Shown here: positions 1-8,946 of the stretch, in pieces
Numbering within the stretch: position 1 is the first letter of the stretch
How the letters are laid out: each line of letters opens with the position of its first letter
Assembly (NCBI GenBank): GCA_902570035.1
Contig: CACFWO010000004.1
Coordinates: forward strand, 22,144-86,143
Length of the DNA: 64,000 nucleotides
Direction of reading: 5' to 3'
Origin: an uncultured SAR86 cluster bacterium
GTDB lineage: Bacteria > Pseudomonadota > Gammaproteobacteria > Magnimaribacterales > AG-339-G14
Notes under the pieces: model-generated
Told to the model about the DNA's origin: nothing
Database searches by the model: none
The model's input: only the letters and a program-made list of their open reading frames with translations
Made by a program: the position numbers and the translations under genes

Positions 1-240
1 AATTTCAATTTCAGGATCCCAAAAATTACCTTTTTCTCCTGTTTGAGGCAGCCAAGCATTGATAGAATCAAAAGAAGTTTCTAAAGTTTGAAACCAGGCA
101 GATTCATAGGTTGAGACAAGAGACTCGCTAGAAAATGATCTTTGGATGTTTTCTCTATAGTTGTATAAAAAAATAAGAGAAAGGGCAAGTATTACATTAC
201 CTATTAAGCCAATTAAAATTAATGTGGTTCTTATACGCAT
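1..240 (-). CDS. Partial (5' end) membrane-anchored protein; runs off the window
   Basis: My translation from ATG at 240 is MRIRTTLILIGLIGNVILALSLIFLYNYRENIQRSFSSES..., open to base 1. It has an N-terminal TM helix, like a sensor or signalling protein. Not in the ORF track. Confidence 0.7.
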   Translation of the reverse strand, partial: MRIRTTLILIGLIGNVILALSLIFLYNYRENIQRSFSSESLVSTYESAWFQTLETSFDSINAWLPQTGEKGNFWDPEIEI

Positions 241-255
241 AATTGCGCATTATCT

Positions 256-654
256 TTATTTTTCTGCGGTCAAGAGAAAATTTATTTTTACTTGAACATC
301 ATTGACTTGAACTGGAACGCTATCATAAGTAGAAGGTTCGTATATCCATTTCCTTATTGATTTCATCGCTGCTCTGTCAAATAAACCTGCTGGTTCACCT
401 TCTAGTACGTAGGGATCAATTACAGAACCATCTTGATCAACGTCAAATTCTATTATCACGTATCCTTCTCGTTCGAGACGCAAAGCTTTTCTGGGATAGG
501 TAGCTGGCGCTTGGTAAGACCTTGAAACTTCTATCTCAATAGTTTCTCCGTCAACTGTAATGTAGCCAGTGTCAGCGATAACAATAGATGGAAGTGCTAG
601 ACTCAAATAAACTGGCAAAAATTTTAAATTGAACAATCTTCTATGGAAATTCAT
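256..654 (-). CDS. Short TonB family energy transducer (TonB C-terminal domain)
   Basis: YPRKALRLEREGYVIIEFDVDQDGSV...FDRAAMKSIRKWIYEP is a TonB_C signature. RBS AAGGAG lies upstream. Confidence 0.85.
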   Translation of the reverse strand: MNFHRRLFNLKFLPVYLSLALPSIVIADTGYITVDGETIEIEVSRSYQAPATYPRKALRLEREGYVIIEFDVDQDGSVIDPYVLEGEPAGLFDRAAMKSIRKWIYEPSTYDSVPVQVNDVQVKINFLLTAEK

Positions 655-718
655 TTTTTAAACTCCTTAAAATGGATTATTATAGTGTATAGGGTAATTA
701 ATTCCACTTTAAAAATAA

Positions 719-1117
719 ATGTCTTTAATATCAGAACTTCTTTTAAATCAGAGGTATTGGGAAATCTTTTCAATTTCAGAAAATTCTTCCATAGAGGATG
801 CTTGTAAAATCCTATATAAAAATAAAATTGGAGCCTTATTAGTATATTGCGGTAAATCTGACGATCCAAATAATCTAGTTGGGATCATTACAGAAAGGGA
901 TGTTATTGAAGATATTTCTACGAAAGGAGCCGCACACTTGCAAAGTCAAATTAAAGACATTATGTCTTCTAAAATAATTAAAGTTTCTCCAGAGAACTCC
1001 ACAGACGAAGCAATGGATTTAATGATAGATAATCAAATCAGACATCTTGCAGTAATGGAGAATGATAAGTTATTAGGTGTTGTTTCTATGAGAGACATTG
1101 TAAAAAAATTCAACTAG
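719..1117 (+). CDS. CBS-domain pair protein
   Basis: IGALLV, LVGIITERD, IRHLAV and LLGVVSMRD CBS motifs. Confidence 0.9.
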   Translation: MSLISELLLNQRYWEIFSISENSSIEDACKILYKNKIGALLVYCGKSDDPNNLVGIITERDVIEDISTKGAAHLQSQIKDIMSSKIIKVSPENSTDEAMDLMIDNQIRHLAVMENDKLLGVVSMRDIVKKFN

Positions 1118-1124
1118 TTTTCTA

Positions 1125-1340
1125 GTGAACGCCTCAGACGCATTAATAAAAACACTAGTTGCCAATGGCTTGGAAGTTATTTTTGCAAATCCTGGCACTT
1201 CTGAAATGCAATTAGTAGTTTCAATAGACAATAATCTAGAAATAAGACCAGTATTAGGATTATTTGAAGGAGTACTTACTGGAGCCGCAATAATTAGTGA
1301 TTTTATTAACGGTAAACCTGTAACCGATTTAATCAGATAG
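1125..1340 (+). pseudogene. Truncated acetolactate synthase-like TPP enzyme (N-terminal ~55 aa only)
   Basis: FANPGTSEM...VLGLFEGVLTGAA matches the TPP-enzyme N-terminus. Similarity stops abruptly and a stop follows at 71 aa; full-length enzymes are ~500 aa. Confidence 0.75.
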
Positions 1341-1434
1341 ACATTAGAAAAGATATTTTTTTACTAATATCCGCTTATCTACTTATCTGGCATGGTTTAT
1401 ATAGATTATTAGGTTGATAATATTGATTCATATA

Positions 1435-1462
1435 TATTCGTATAATATATATTATGTAAAGT
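1435..1462 (+). other. dif: dif site (XerC/XerD chromosome dimer resolution site)
   Basis: TATTCGTATAA-TATATA-TTATGTAAAGT has an 11-6-11 architecture similar to E. coli dif (GGTGCGCATAA-TGTATA-TTATGTTAAAT). It is intergenic and the flanking genes converge on it. Confidence 0.8.
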
Positions 1463-1470
1463 AATTAATA

Positions 1471-1959
1471 TTAGACAATCTCCATATAAACGACTGAATA
1501 CCCTTCTTTTATAGTGCATTCAGTGATTTCAGAAAATCCATGTTTTCTATGAAAGTTAATAGATAACTCATTAGGTGGTTTTGTATTTACCTCTGCGCAT
1601 ATCGGTATATTAAATTTATCTTTAATTGATAATAATTGTTTATATAGAGTACTTCCAATACCTGAAGACTGATATTTATTGGCTATCGCAATACGATCAA
1701 TGTAGATAAATTTATTATGTCTTTCTTGAAAAAATTTATAGTTGATAGATTGGTAATTAGTGTTTTCTCTAAGACAGATGACAAAACCCAAACATATGCC
1801 CTTCCTTATGAATCCATAAGAAATATTTGATATTTTAATTAAGTGTATAAATTCATTTAAAGATACAGATCCAACTTTAGGAACTTGTTGTTGATTTATT
1901 TCGAAGAATGATGAAAAGATTTCTACGTCTTGATTAATTTTTAAATTAATTATTTCCAA
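1471..1959 (-). CDS. GNAT family N-acetyltransferase
   Basis: YIDRIAI...QSSGIGSTLY acetyl-CoA motif; EVNTKPPNELSINFH...GF. Confidence 0.85.
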   Translation of the reverse strand: MEIINLKINQDVEIFSSFFEINQQQVPKVGSVSLNEFIHLIKISNISYGFIRKGICLGFVICLRENTNYQSINYKFFQERHNKFIYIDRIAIANKYQSSGIGSTLYKQLLSIKDKFNIPICAEVNTKPPNELSINFHRKHGFSEITECTIKEGYSVVYMEIV

Positions 1960-2092
1960 ATTTAAGATCTTGGAAATAAACTAAGCAAAAATTCTGAAGT
2001 TGGGTTTTTCAATATATCTTTTACCGTTTCTTCATACAATGCATGAGAATAGAAAAATTATTAATGGAGCAAATAGATGTAATTTTTTAAAT

Positions 2093-2512
2093 TTAGTCAT
2101 TCTTTGAAGGAATAACTGTTTCAATATTTAATTGCCCTTTTAATCCAGCAACTCTGTGTTGTGCACTTTTTATATAATCTGGATCAGAAATCATATCTAA
2201 CATTGCTTTCCTGTTTGGATAAGTAGCTATCGCAACAGAATCCCAAAGTTCTTCCACTTCGCCCAACATTAATCTTTTTACATCAGCTCCAAATATAGCC
2301 TTTGCCCCTACTCTAGCTAGATGATGTTGTACCTCTTCAGAATAAATAGCATAAGCCTCTCTTCCCGATAAATCTGTTTCTCTTTTATCTGGATATTCAG
2401 CTTTATCTTTAAACTTGAGAAGATTCACCATATAGATTGGCTCATCATTACCTGTTTCAAGAAATTCTTCCATTTGATCATCGTTTGGCATTACTTTATT
2501 TTCAAATTTCAT
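2093..2512 (-). CDS. DUF1330 domain protein
   Basis: MVNLLKFKDKAEY, SGREAYAIY, WDSVAIATYP and HRVAGL motifs. Confidence 0.8.
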   Translation of the reverse strand: MKFENKVMPNDDQMEEFLETGNDEPIYMVNLLKFKDKAEYPDKRETDLSGREAYAIYSEEVQHHLARVGAKAIFGADVKRLMLGEVEELWDSVAIATYPNRKAMLDMISDPDYIKSAQHRVAGLKGQLNIETVIPSKND

Positions 2513-3483
2513 CAGACAGCTTGTTTAAGTTTTGATTGAATAATTTCTTCAGCTTCATTTACTATCCTATCAATAAGTTCTTTTACACTAGGGATGTCAT
2601 AAACCAAACCTGCAACCATACCGCACGACCAAGCTCCAGCATCCATATCGCCGTCCATCATGATCGTTGGATAGACTCCTGCAACTTCATCCACAATATC
2701 AGAGAATGTTAGCTTATCTCCAAGAGCTTTTTCTTTTTCCATCAATCTATCAACTGCAGGATTTGCTAATACTCTCTCGGTGTTAGTAAGAGACCTCATA
2801 ATTAACCTTGTATCCAATTCAGAGGCATTTACGATAGCTTTTTTGACATTTTCATGGACTGGGGCTTCTTCAGTAGCTATGAATCTAGTTCCCATATTCA
2901 TCCCTTCTGCTCCTAAAGCCATTGCTGCAACTAAACTTCTAGCGTCAGCCATTCCTCCAGAGGCAACAAAGGGAATTTCTAATTCATCTGCTGCTCTAGG
3001 CAACAAAATAAAATTAGGAATATCGTCTTCGCCTGGATGGCCTCCACATTCAAATCCATCGACCGATATAGCATCACATCCCACGCTTTGAGCTTTCAAA
3101 GAATGTCTTACAGATGTGCACTTATGGATAACTTTAATCCCAGCATCTTTTAAGGCAGGCATATATTCAGCAGGGCTCCTTCCAGCTGTTTCTACTATTT
3201 TAACTCCACCTTCAATGATAACTTTAATAAGGCCTGGGTAGTCTGGTGGTGTTAAAGAAGGTAAAAAAGTTAAATTCACACCAAAAGGTTTATCGGTCAT
3301 ATCCTTACATTTTGCTATTTCATTTGCTAACTTTTCTGGAGTACCTTGAGTAAGACCAGTGATTATTCCTAAGCCACCAGCATTCGATACAGCAGCTGCC
3401 AATTCAGCAAATCCAACATAGTGCATTCCACCTTGAATAATGGGATGCTCTATATCAAAAAGTTCAGTAATTTTTGTTTTCAT
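2512..3483 (-). CDS. Nitronate monooxygenase / FabK-like FMN oxidoreductase
   Basis: PIIQGGM, AVSNAGGLG, DGFECGGHPG, ASGG and MGTRF motifs. Confidence 0.9.
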   Translation of the reverse strand: MKTKITELFDIEHPIIQGGMHYVGFAELAAAVSNAGGLGIITGLTQGTPEKLANEIAKCKDMTDKPFGVNLTFLPSLTPPDYPGLIKVIIEGGVKIVETAGRSPAEYMPALKDAGIKVIHKCTSVRHSLKAQSVGCDAISVDGFECGGHPGEDDIPNFILLPRAADELEIPFVASGGMADARSLVAAMALGAEGMNMGTRFIATEEAPVHENVKKAIVNASELDTRLIMRSLTNTERVLANPAVDRLMEKEKALGDKLTFSDIVDEVAGVYPTIMMDGDMDAGAWSCGMVAGLVYDIPSVKELIDRIVNEAEEIIQSKLKQAV

Positions 3484-3490
3484 AACTCTC

Positions 3491-4552
3491 CTAGTTAATT
3501 GACGTAATAATAATTTCTTTCGAATCTACAGGTAATATAACCATTGTTCCGTCGTCAGATAAAGTCCAATTTGTAAGAATATCATCTATTCCTCTAGTAA
3601 AAATATCTGCAACTAAATTTGTCCTTGGGGCAGGAATTAAATGGTAATAAACAAGATGGCCAACGTTTGCTTCTTTCGCTAGATTCGCAACTTCAATAGT
3701 GTTGGTATGGTAATTTTGTATATCTACAATAGCAATCCTGGAAGAGGAGTTCTCTGGAAGAGCGTTATACATCATGTCTAAGGTACCTTTATGAAAGGCC
3801 TCATGGAATAAGACATCAACATTCTTTGAATTATTTAAGATTGTTTCTGAGTAAATAGTATCACCGCTCAAAACTATAGATCTTCCTTTATATTCGATCT
3901 TAAAGGCTAATGAAGGATCGATCGGTTTATGGTCAACTAAGAAAGCTGTAATTAAAATTCCGTTAGATTCGTATACTGGGATGCTAAAATCAGTAATTTC
4001 GTATCCATCAAAACCTGCTGTATCTAAAGGAGCAAATTGATCGCCATGATGGTCATTACGATATTTCCAATCTAAAGAATAGGCTTCAGTAAATCCGTTA
4101 AGAACCTGATTTATCCCTTCAGGACCGTACACTTTTAATTTAGACTGTCGACTAGTTCCAACCCAATTCCACATATGTATTTCAGGAAGTTCAGCAATAT
4201 GATCAGAGTGAAGATGAGAAATGAAAATACTATTTAATTGGTCTAAGGGAACACGCCAATTTCTTAAATTATCTATACTTTTATTCCCGACATCAAAAAT
4301 GAAGGTTTCCTCTCCGGCTTTAATCATTACGCAAGTCTCTGCTCTAGTTGGATGTGGTAGAGGTGACTTTGAACCACACACCAAAGCACTTAAAGAATCT
4401 TCTTCTGGAAAAATATTTGGTGCGGTGCTTATTAAGCTTTGAGCAAGTCGTTGAAACAATGCATCTTGTACAGCTGGAACTCTAGTTAAAAAAAATAAAA
4501 TTCCAGCGATTATAAAAATAATCAAAATTAGGTAGGTAATAATTTTTTTCAT
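3491..4552 (-). CDS. Membrane-anchored MBL-fold hydrolase (RNase Z/arylsulfatase AtsA-like)
   Basis: SHLHSDH metal motif, SGDT, HEA, YHT and YHLIP; N-terminal TM helix. Confidence 0.85.
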   Translation of the reverse strand: MKKIITYLILIIFIIAGILFFLTRVPAVQDALFQRLAQSLISTAPNIFPEEDSLSALVCGSKSPLPHPTRAETCVMIKAGEETFIFDVGNKSIDNLRNWRVPLDQLNSIFISHLHSDHIAELPEIHMWNWVGTSRQSKLKVYGPEGINQVLNGFTEAYSLDWKYRNDHHGDQFAPLDTAGFDGYEITDFSIPVYESNGILITAFLVDHKPIDPSLAFKIEYKGRSIVLSGDTIYSETILNNSKNVDVLFHEAFHKGTLDMMYNALPENSSSRIAIVDIQNYHTNTIEVANLAKEANVGHLVYYHLIPAPRTNLVADIFTRGIDDILTNWTLSDDGTMVILPVDSKEIIITSIN

Positions 4553-4553
4553 A

Positions 4554-5015
4554 TTAGGATTTCCTTTTTAAAAGAGAAGTAATAAATAAAATTAACAAGA
4601 AAGTCGTGACAAAAGGAGCAGATTCAATTCCTGGAGTTGTGCCGGTTTTATATTCAGCTAAATTAAGAGGAGAATTTGAAGCATTTATAACTCTAGCTGA
4701 CCACTCAATTAAAAAAACTAAAATAGCTAAAGGTAAGAGAGACTTATATCTAAAAAGGATTACCCAAGCAAAAGCACAAAATAATAATTGAATTAACCCC
4801 CATAGCGAAAAAAACGCATAGATAACTGGCATTGGATCAGGAGAGCCATCTATCACTATTATATTTGCTATACCGTGCAGACCAAATTCTACGTAGAAGA
4901 GATGAATAATTGATCTCCAGGTCATTAATAAAAGAAAAGGAATAAAAATGTAAACCACCAATCTAGAACCAAGATAATTATTATCAGCAATCTTGGGAAA
5001 CAACATAGCAAACAT
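4554..5015 (-). CDS. Hypothetical 4-TM membrane protein
   Basis: Four hydrophobic segments; tightly packed within the operon. Confidence 0.7.
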   Translation of the reverse strand: MFAMLFPKIADNNYLGSRLVVYIFIPFLLLMTWRSIIHLFYVEFGLHGIANIIVIDGSPDPMPVIYAFFSLWGLIQLLFCAFAWVILFRYKSLLPLAILVFLIEWSARVINASNSPLNLAEYKTGTTPGIESAPFVTTFLLILFITSLLKRKS

Positions 5016-5021
5016 GAGTTA

Positions 5022-6104
5022 TTACTCTTTTATGAAATCAATAAGAATATTTGATAGTTTTTTTGCCTTAGTCCACTGAAAAAAATGCCCTCCTCCTATA
5101 TTCGGTGCACTTGTTGCATTAGGACACATTTTCAAGACGTCTTTTTCGGCTCCATTAGTTACTGGATCATCGCCCGCAAAGACACTTAAAAAAGGTTTCT
5201 GCCAACTTTTATAAAATTCTCTTGCTTTCTTTTGCGCTTCTAATGATTGATCAGGAATCATCGGTACATGACTAGGCATGGCTCTAGGACCCATTTTATA
5301 GGACGGATCAGGGAAAGGTGCTTCGTAAGCTTGATCAAGATTTGATTTAAATGGAAATAGTTTTCTTAAGCCAAGTCTAAGAAATATAAAATAAATTAAA
5401 AATTTGATGCGTGAATTTTTTTCCATCATGCTTGACATCATAAATCCAATAGGAAGATCTTCGGTATCCCAGCATAGTTTCTGCCAATACATAAAACTTA
5501 AAGCTGGATGATGTGATGAATCGCTACTCAAATTATTTTTACCATCCATCTTTCTTATTTCTCTTTGCATAGATATTGGATTAAGTTTTATATCACTGTT
5601 TCTAAAAGCTTTAATTTTATCTATGACATCTTGAGGTACATCAGGGTTATACGGTAAACCTGTATTCCCCATGGCTACTTTAAGAAATCTATCTGGTTGG
5701 TTAGCAACAACCCTTAATCCAATAAGTCCTCCCCAATCCTGACCAAAAAAAGTGAGATTATTTAAATCATTAGCTTTTATCCAATCGGTCATCCAATCCA
5801 CTTGTCGTTGATAAGAATAGTCTTCTCTTGATGCAGGTTTATCGGATTTACCGTAGCCAGGTAAATCAGGAGCAACGACTCTTATTCCAGCTTCAGTTAG
5901 ATAAGGAATCATCCTTGAGTACAAATAACTCCATACAGGCTGACCGTGGATCACTAACAGAATTGGACCATCCTTTGGACCCTCATCTATATGATGTATT
6001 CTCAGATCAGAACCATCATGAGTCTTTATGACGGTGTAATTAGGTTCATATGGGAAGTCTTTTATGTTTTTAAATCTACTATCCGGAGTCCTTAAAATTT
6101 TCAT
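5022..6104 (-). CDS. Haloalkane dehalogenase (alpha/beta hydrolase, DhlA-like subfamily)
   Basis: LRTPDSRF N-terminus, HGQPVWSYLY, PDLPGYGKSDKP, nucleophile GQDWGG, YEAPFPD and GGHFFQ. Confidence 0.85.
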   Translation of the reverse strand: MKILRTPDSRFKNIKDFPYEPNYTVIKTHDGSDLRIHHIDEGPKDGPILLVIHGQPVWSYLYSRMIPYLTEAGIRVVAPDLPGYGKSDKPASREDYSYQRQVDWMTDWIKANDLNNLTFFGQDWGGLIGLRVVANQPDRFLKVAMGNTGLPYNPDVPQDVIDKIKAFRNSDIKLNPISMQREIRKMDGKNNLSSDSSHHPALSFMYWQKLCWDTEDLPIGFMMSSMMEKNSRIKFLIYFIFLRLGLRKLFPFKSNLDQAYEAPFPDPSYKMGPRAMPSHVPMIPDQSLEAQKKAREFYKSWQKPFLSVFAGDDPVTNGAEKDVLKMCPNATSAPNIGGGHFFQWTKAKKLSNILIDFIKE

Positions 6105-6107
6105 TTT

Positions 6108-7031
6108 TTAGAACTTTATAGAAGCCATAGAATCACAAATTTCATTAAACTCTGTAATCGTTTCATTAATAATTGTTTCTACTGGTTTTATTTCTTTTAT
6201 TAATCCTATTGATTGACCTGCCAATGCAGGTGCTGCATTCATATCGCCATCAAAGTATAGATTCTTAATTCCAGACATCGCACTCATATCCATCAGACCA
6301 TCGTCGTAAATTTTATCTGTAAAATCAGTTTTCAATGCTCGTATGCAAGGTTTAGCTTTTTTGTTGAGAATATAAGTGCCTTGTTCATTACCATTTACGA
6401 TCGCGTTTTTAAAATTATCATGAACTGGGCTTTCTAAGGATGATACAAATCTTGTGCCCATTTGAATGCCTTCTCCACCAGCAGCAAAAGCAGCTGCCAT
6501 TCCTCTGCCATCTACAATGCCTCCAGCTGCAACAATAGGAAGATCGGTGTGTTTCTTGATTGATTGAATTAAAACGTGAAGTCCAACTTCCTCGGGATTT
6601 TTAAATCCGCCCCCTTCTGTCCCCTCTACAACCAAACCATCAACTCCTGCATCAACTGCTTTCATGGCGCCAGCAAGGCTTGGTACAGCATGAAATACCT
6701 TGATATCTGCCTCTTTTAATTTATGTATATATTTAGCTGGATCCCCTGCAGAAGTTGTAACAAATTTAACATTTTCACCTATAACAACATCAAGCATGCT
6801 CTCGTCAGATAAAAATAATATTGGCAAATTAACTCCAAAAGGACTGTTGGTTAATGTAGCCATTTTTTTAATTTCTTCTTTGCATTGATCTACTTCTCCA
6901 GATGAAGTTTCAATAATGCCAAATGCACCAGCATTAGATACTGCTGATGCAAGGTTGCTTCTTGCTATCCATCCCATGGGGGCTTGTATTATTGGATATT
7001 TACAACCCAACATTTCAGTAATTCTATTCAT
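6108..7031 (-). CDS. Nitronate monooxygenase / FabK-like FMN oxidoreductase (second paralogue)
   Basis: PIIQAPM, AVSNAGAFG, EGTEGGGFK, AAGG and MGTRF motifs. Confidence 0.88.
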   Translation of the reverse strand: MNRITEMLGCKYPIIQAPMGWIARSNLASAVSNAGAFGIIETSSGEVDQCKEEIKKMATLTNSPFGVNLPILFLSDESMLDVVIGENVKFVTTSAGDPAKYIHKLKEADIKVFHAVPSLAGAMKAVDAGVDGLVVEGTEGGGFKNPEEVGLHVLIQSIKKHTDLPIVAAGGIVDGRGMAAAFAAGGEGIQMGTRFVSSLESPVHDNFKNAIVNGNEQGTYILNKKAKPCIRALKTDFTDKIYDDGLMDMSAMSGIKNLYFDGDMNAAPALAGQSIGLIKEIKPVETIINETITEFNEICDSMASIKF

Positions 7032-8061
7032 TTGATTCCACCAATGATTCGCAATGATTTAATTGTAAAAAAGAAAAAACTTCATCTTTTTTATCAGTAT
7101 CTAGTTTCTCATATTCTTCTTTAATCCATGCTAAACATTTTGCTTGATACGGAAAAGATTTTTGTTTCCATTCACCTTCATCTAAATCAATTTCCCATTC
7201 ATCGCTGCCTTCATCAATTGCTTTTTTATTTGCAATCATCGTTGGTACATAGGAAGTGCTCATTTCTTTAAATAAACCGTGAATAGTTTGAGGAAGGTCC
7301 GAAAGCGTTAGATTATTTTTTTGAACTTCAAGTCCGCTTCTATCTTCAAGAGATCTAACCCATCCAATTACCCTCGGAGCTAATTCATGAGCAATTTTAC
7401 GAGGAGTTGGATCAAACCCTACAAGTTGAGTGAGCTGACCGTAAACAGCAAAATCACATGAGGATGGAAATGATCCAAGTAAATACGGTTGGATTTTTAA
7501 ATGATTTTCTAAAATCTTAAGAAAAGATTTATAACTTTGATCAATAAAAGGGGCAGTTTCGTCGTTAGATCCAACAACCCATAATCTATCTATTTGTCTT
7601 TTTGCAAAGTGGTCTTTAAAAAATGCTAACTCATCATCAGAAATATTATTCATGATTCCTAATGGTAAAAGTGTGCCGGCATTATCAGCATCTTCAGCAA
7701 AATGCCAACGATAATGAAACATATATTTAGTGCACCACTCATCACCAAAGTCTTCTAAAACATAATTAATAAACCTTAAAGATTGATCTTCAGGATAAAC
7801 AGATCTATCTGAATAAGAATTTTCAAATTCTTCAATTAATGGTGTTGAATCAGTTACCGCAGTTAATTTTCCATCTCTGGGAAGAAGAAGAACAGGTAAT
7901 AAAATTGGTTTCGGTGGATCAATATTCATTGGTTTTAGAACATCAGATACATCTCCCCAAATAACTTGATGTGGAATTCTTTTAAATCGCAAATATGCAA
8001 TCATCTTCCTTGTGTATGGTGATGCTGGGTTACCTATTAATTTAACGGTGTTTTCGGTCAT
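7024..8061 (-). CDS. Glutathione S-transferase family protein
   Basis: SPYTRK, DSTP, EDFGDEW, YLLG and DFAVYGQL. Start moved to ATG 8061 (MTENT) based on the promoter position. Confidence 0.85.
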   Translation of the reverse strand: MTENTVKLIGNPASPYTRKMIAYLRFKRIPHQVIWGDVSDVLKPMNIDPPKPILLPVLLLPRDGKLTAVTDSTPLIEEFENSYSDRSVYPEDQSLRFINYVLEDFGDEWCTKYMFHYRWHFAEDADNAGTLLPLGIMNNISDDELAFFKDHFAKRQIDRLWVVGSNDETAPFIDQSYKSFLKILENHLKIQPYLLGSFPSSCDFAVYGQLTQLVGFDPTPRKIAHELAPRVIGWVRSLEDRSGLEVQKNNLTLSDLPQTIHGLFKEMSTSYVPTMIANKKAIDEGSDEWEIDLDEGEWKQKSFPYQAKCLAWIKEEYEKLDTDKKDEVFSFLQLNHCESLVESNE

Positions 8062-8109
8062 TTGAGTTAATCTTTCTAAAAATTTATAATATGTCATAGA
8101 TCATGTCAA
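8062..8109. promoter_or_regulatory. Overlapping divergent sigma70 promoters between GST and TetR
   Basis: Plus strand: TTGAGT (8062-67), 17 bp, TATAAT (8085-90). Minus strand: TTGACA (8109-04), 17 bp, TAAATT (8086-81). Tandem ATGTCA repeats at 8091 and 8103 are a possible operator. Confidence 0.65.
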
Positions 8110-8690
8110 AAGATAATTATATGGAAGTTATATCTACAGACGGCAGAAAAAAAAGAAGCAAAGATACTTCTGAATTAATCATAGATACTGCATTTTCTCT
8201 TCTTAATGAGGGCATTTTAAACATCACTCACGAATTAATTGCTAAGGAGGCAAAAATCGGAACTCGCACTATATTCCGTCATTTTAAAGATAAGAATTCA
8301 TTAATTATCGGTATGCACGATAAGCTTTTGAAAGACTTTGAATTATCCAAACCAAAAATTGATTTGGATATTGATGTAATTACTAGGTTGAAATCACTTA
8401 TTGAGTTCACGTGCAATACATATGAAAAATATCAGTATGTTCATCATTGGACTGTTAAAAATTTATGGTATTCAAAGGATGTAAGAATGAATATCGTTGA
8501 ATGGAATAAAAGAAGTAGCAACTATATATTTGAATTTCTTCCCGAAATAAAAGATCAACAATGGGAAAAAGAAGATTTTATTGTGAACACTCTCTCGTTT
8601 CCTTTTTGGCAAAGACTTGTTGGAATTTCTAAACGTACAAATAAAGAAATCAAGAGTATTTTACTTGTAAATTTAAAAAATTATTTTTAA
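8103..8690 (+). CDS. TetR/AcrR family transcriptional regulator
   Basis: DGRKKRS...IAKEAKIGTRTIFRHFKDK helix-turn-helix. The true start may be ATG 8121. Confidence 0.9.
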   Translation: MSKDNYMEVISTDGRKKRSKDTSELIIDTAFSLLNEGILNITHELIAKEAKIGTRTIFRHFKDKNSLIIGMHDKLLKDFELSKPKIDLDIDVITRLKSLIEFTCNTYEKYQYVHHWTVKNLWYSKDVRMNIVEWNKRSSNYIFEFLPEIKDQQWEKEDFIVNTLSFPFWQRLVGISKRTNKEIKSILLVNLKNYF

Positions 8691-8945
8691 TTATCTTGGC
8701 TTGCCTTGGACTTTTGCTCTGTGCCTTCCTACAGAAAAAGAGCGTTTTGATAAATGTTTCGTATTTTTACCGTTGACTCTTTTTCGCCACATCTTGAAAC
8801 TGCTTTCTTTCATTTCTCGTCTCATAATCTCTATAACTTCTTGTTCTTTTATAGAAAACTGAGCTTCGATTGCATCAAAAGGTGTTCTATCCTCCCAAGC
8901 CATTTCAATAACCCGTGAAATATCTGAGTCACTAAGATTTTTCAT
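8691..8945 (-). CDS. TIGR03643/DUF2805 family protein
   Basis: RVIEMAWEDRTPFDAI...SFKMWRKRVNG...KH signature. Confidence 0.9.
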   Translation of the reverse strand: MKNLSDSDISRVIEMAWEDRTPFDAIEAQFSIKEQEVIEIMRREMKESSFKMWRKRVNGKNTKHLSKRSFSVGRHRAKVQGKPR

Positions 8946-8946
8946 T

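Noticed and set aside
232-260. Second dif-like string TATACGCATAA-TTGCGCA-TTATCTTTATT
   Set aside because: It has a 7-bp spacer and a poor XerD arm, and is largely explained by the adjacent start and stop codons.
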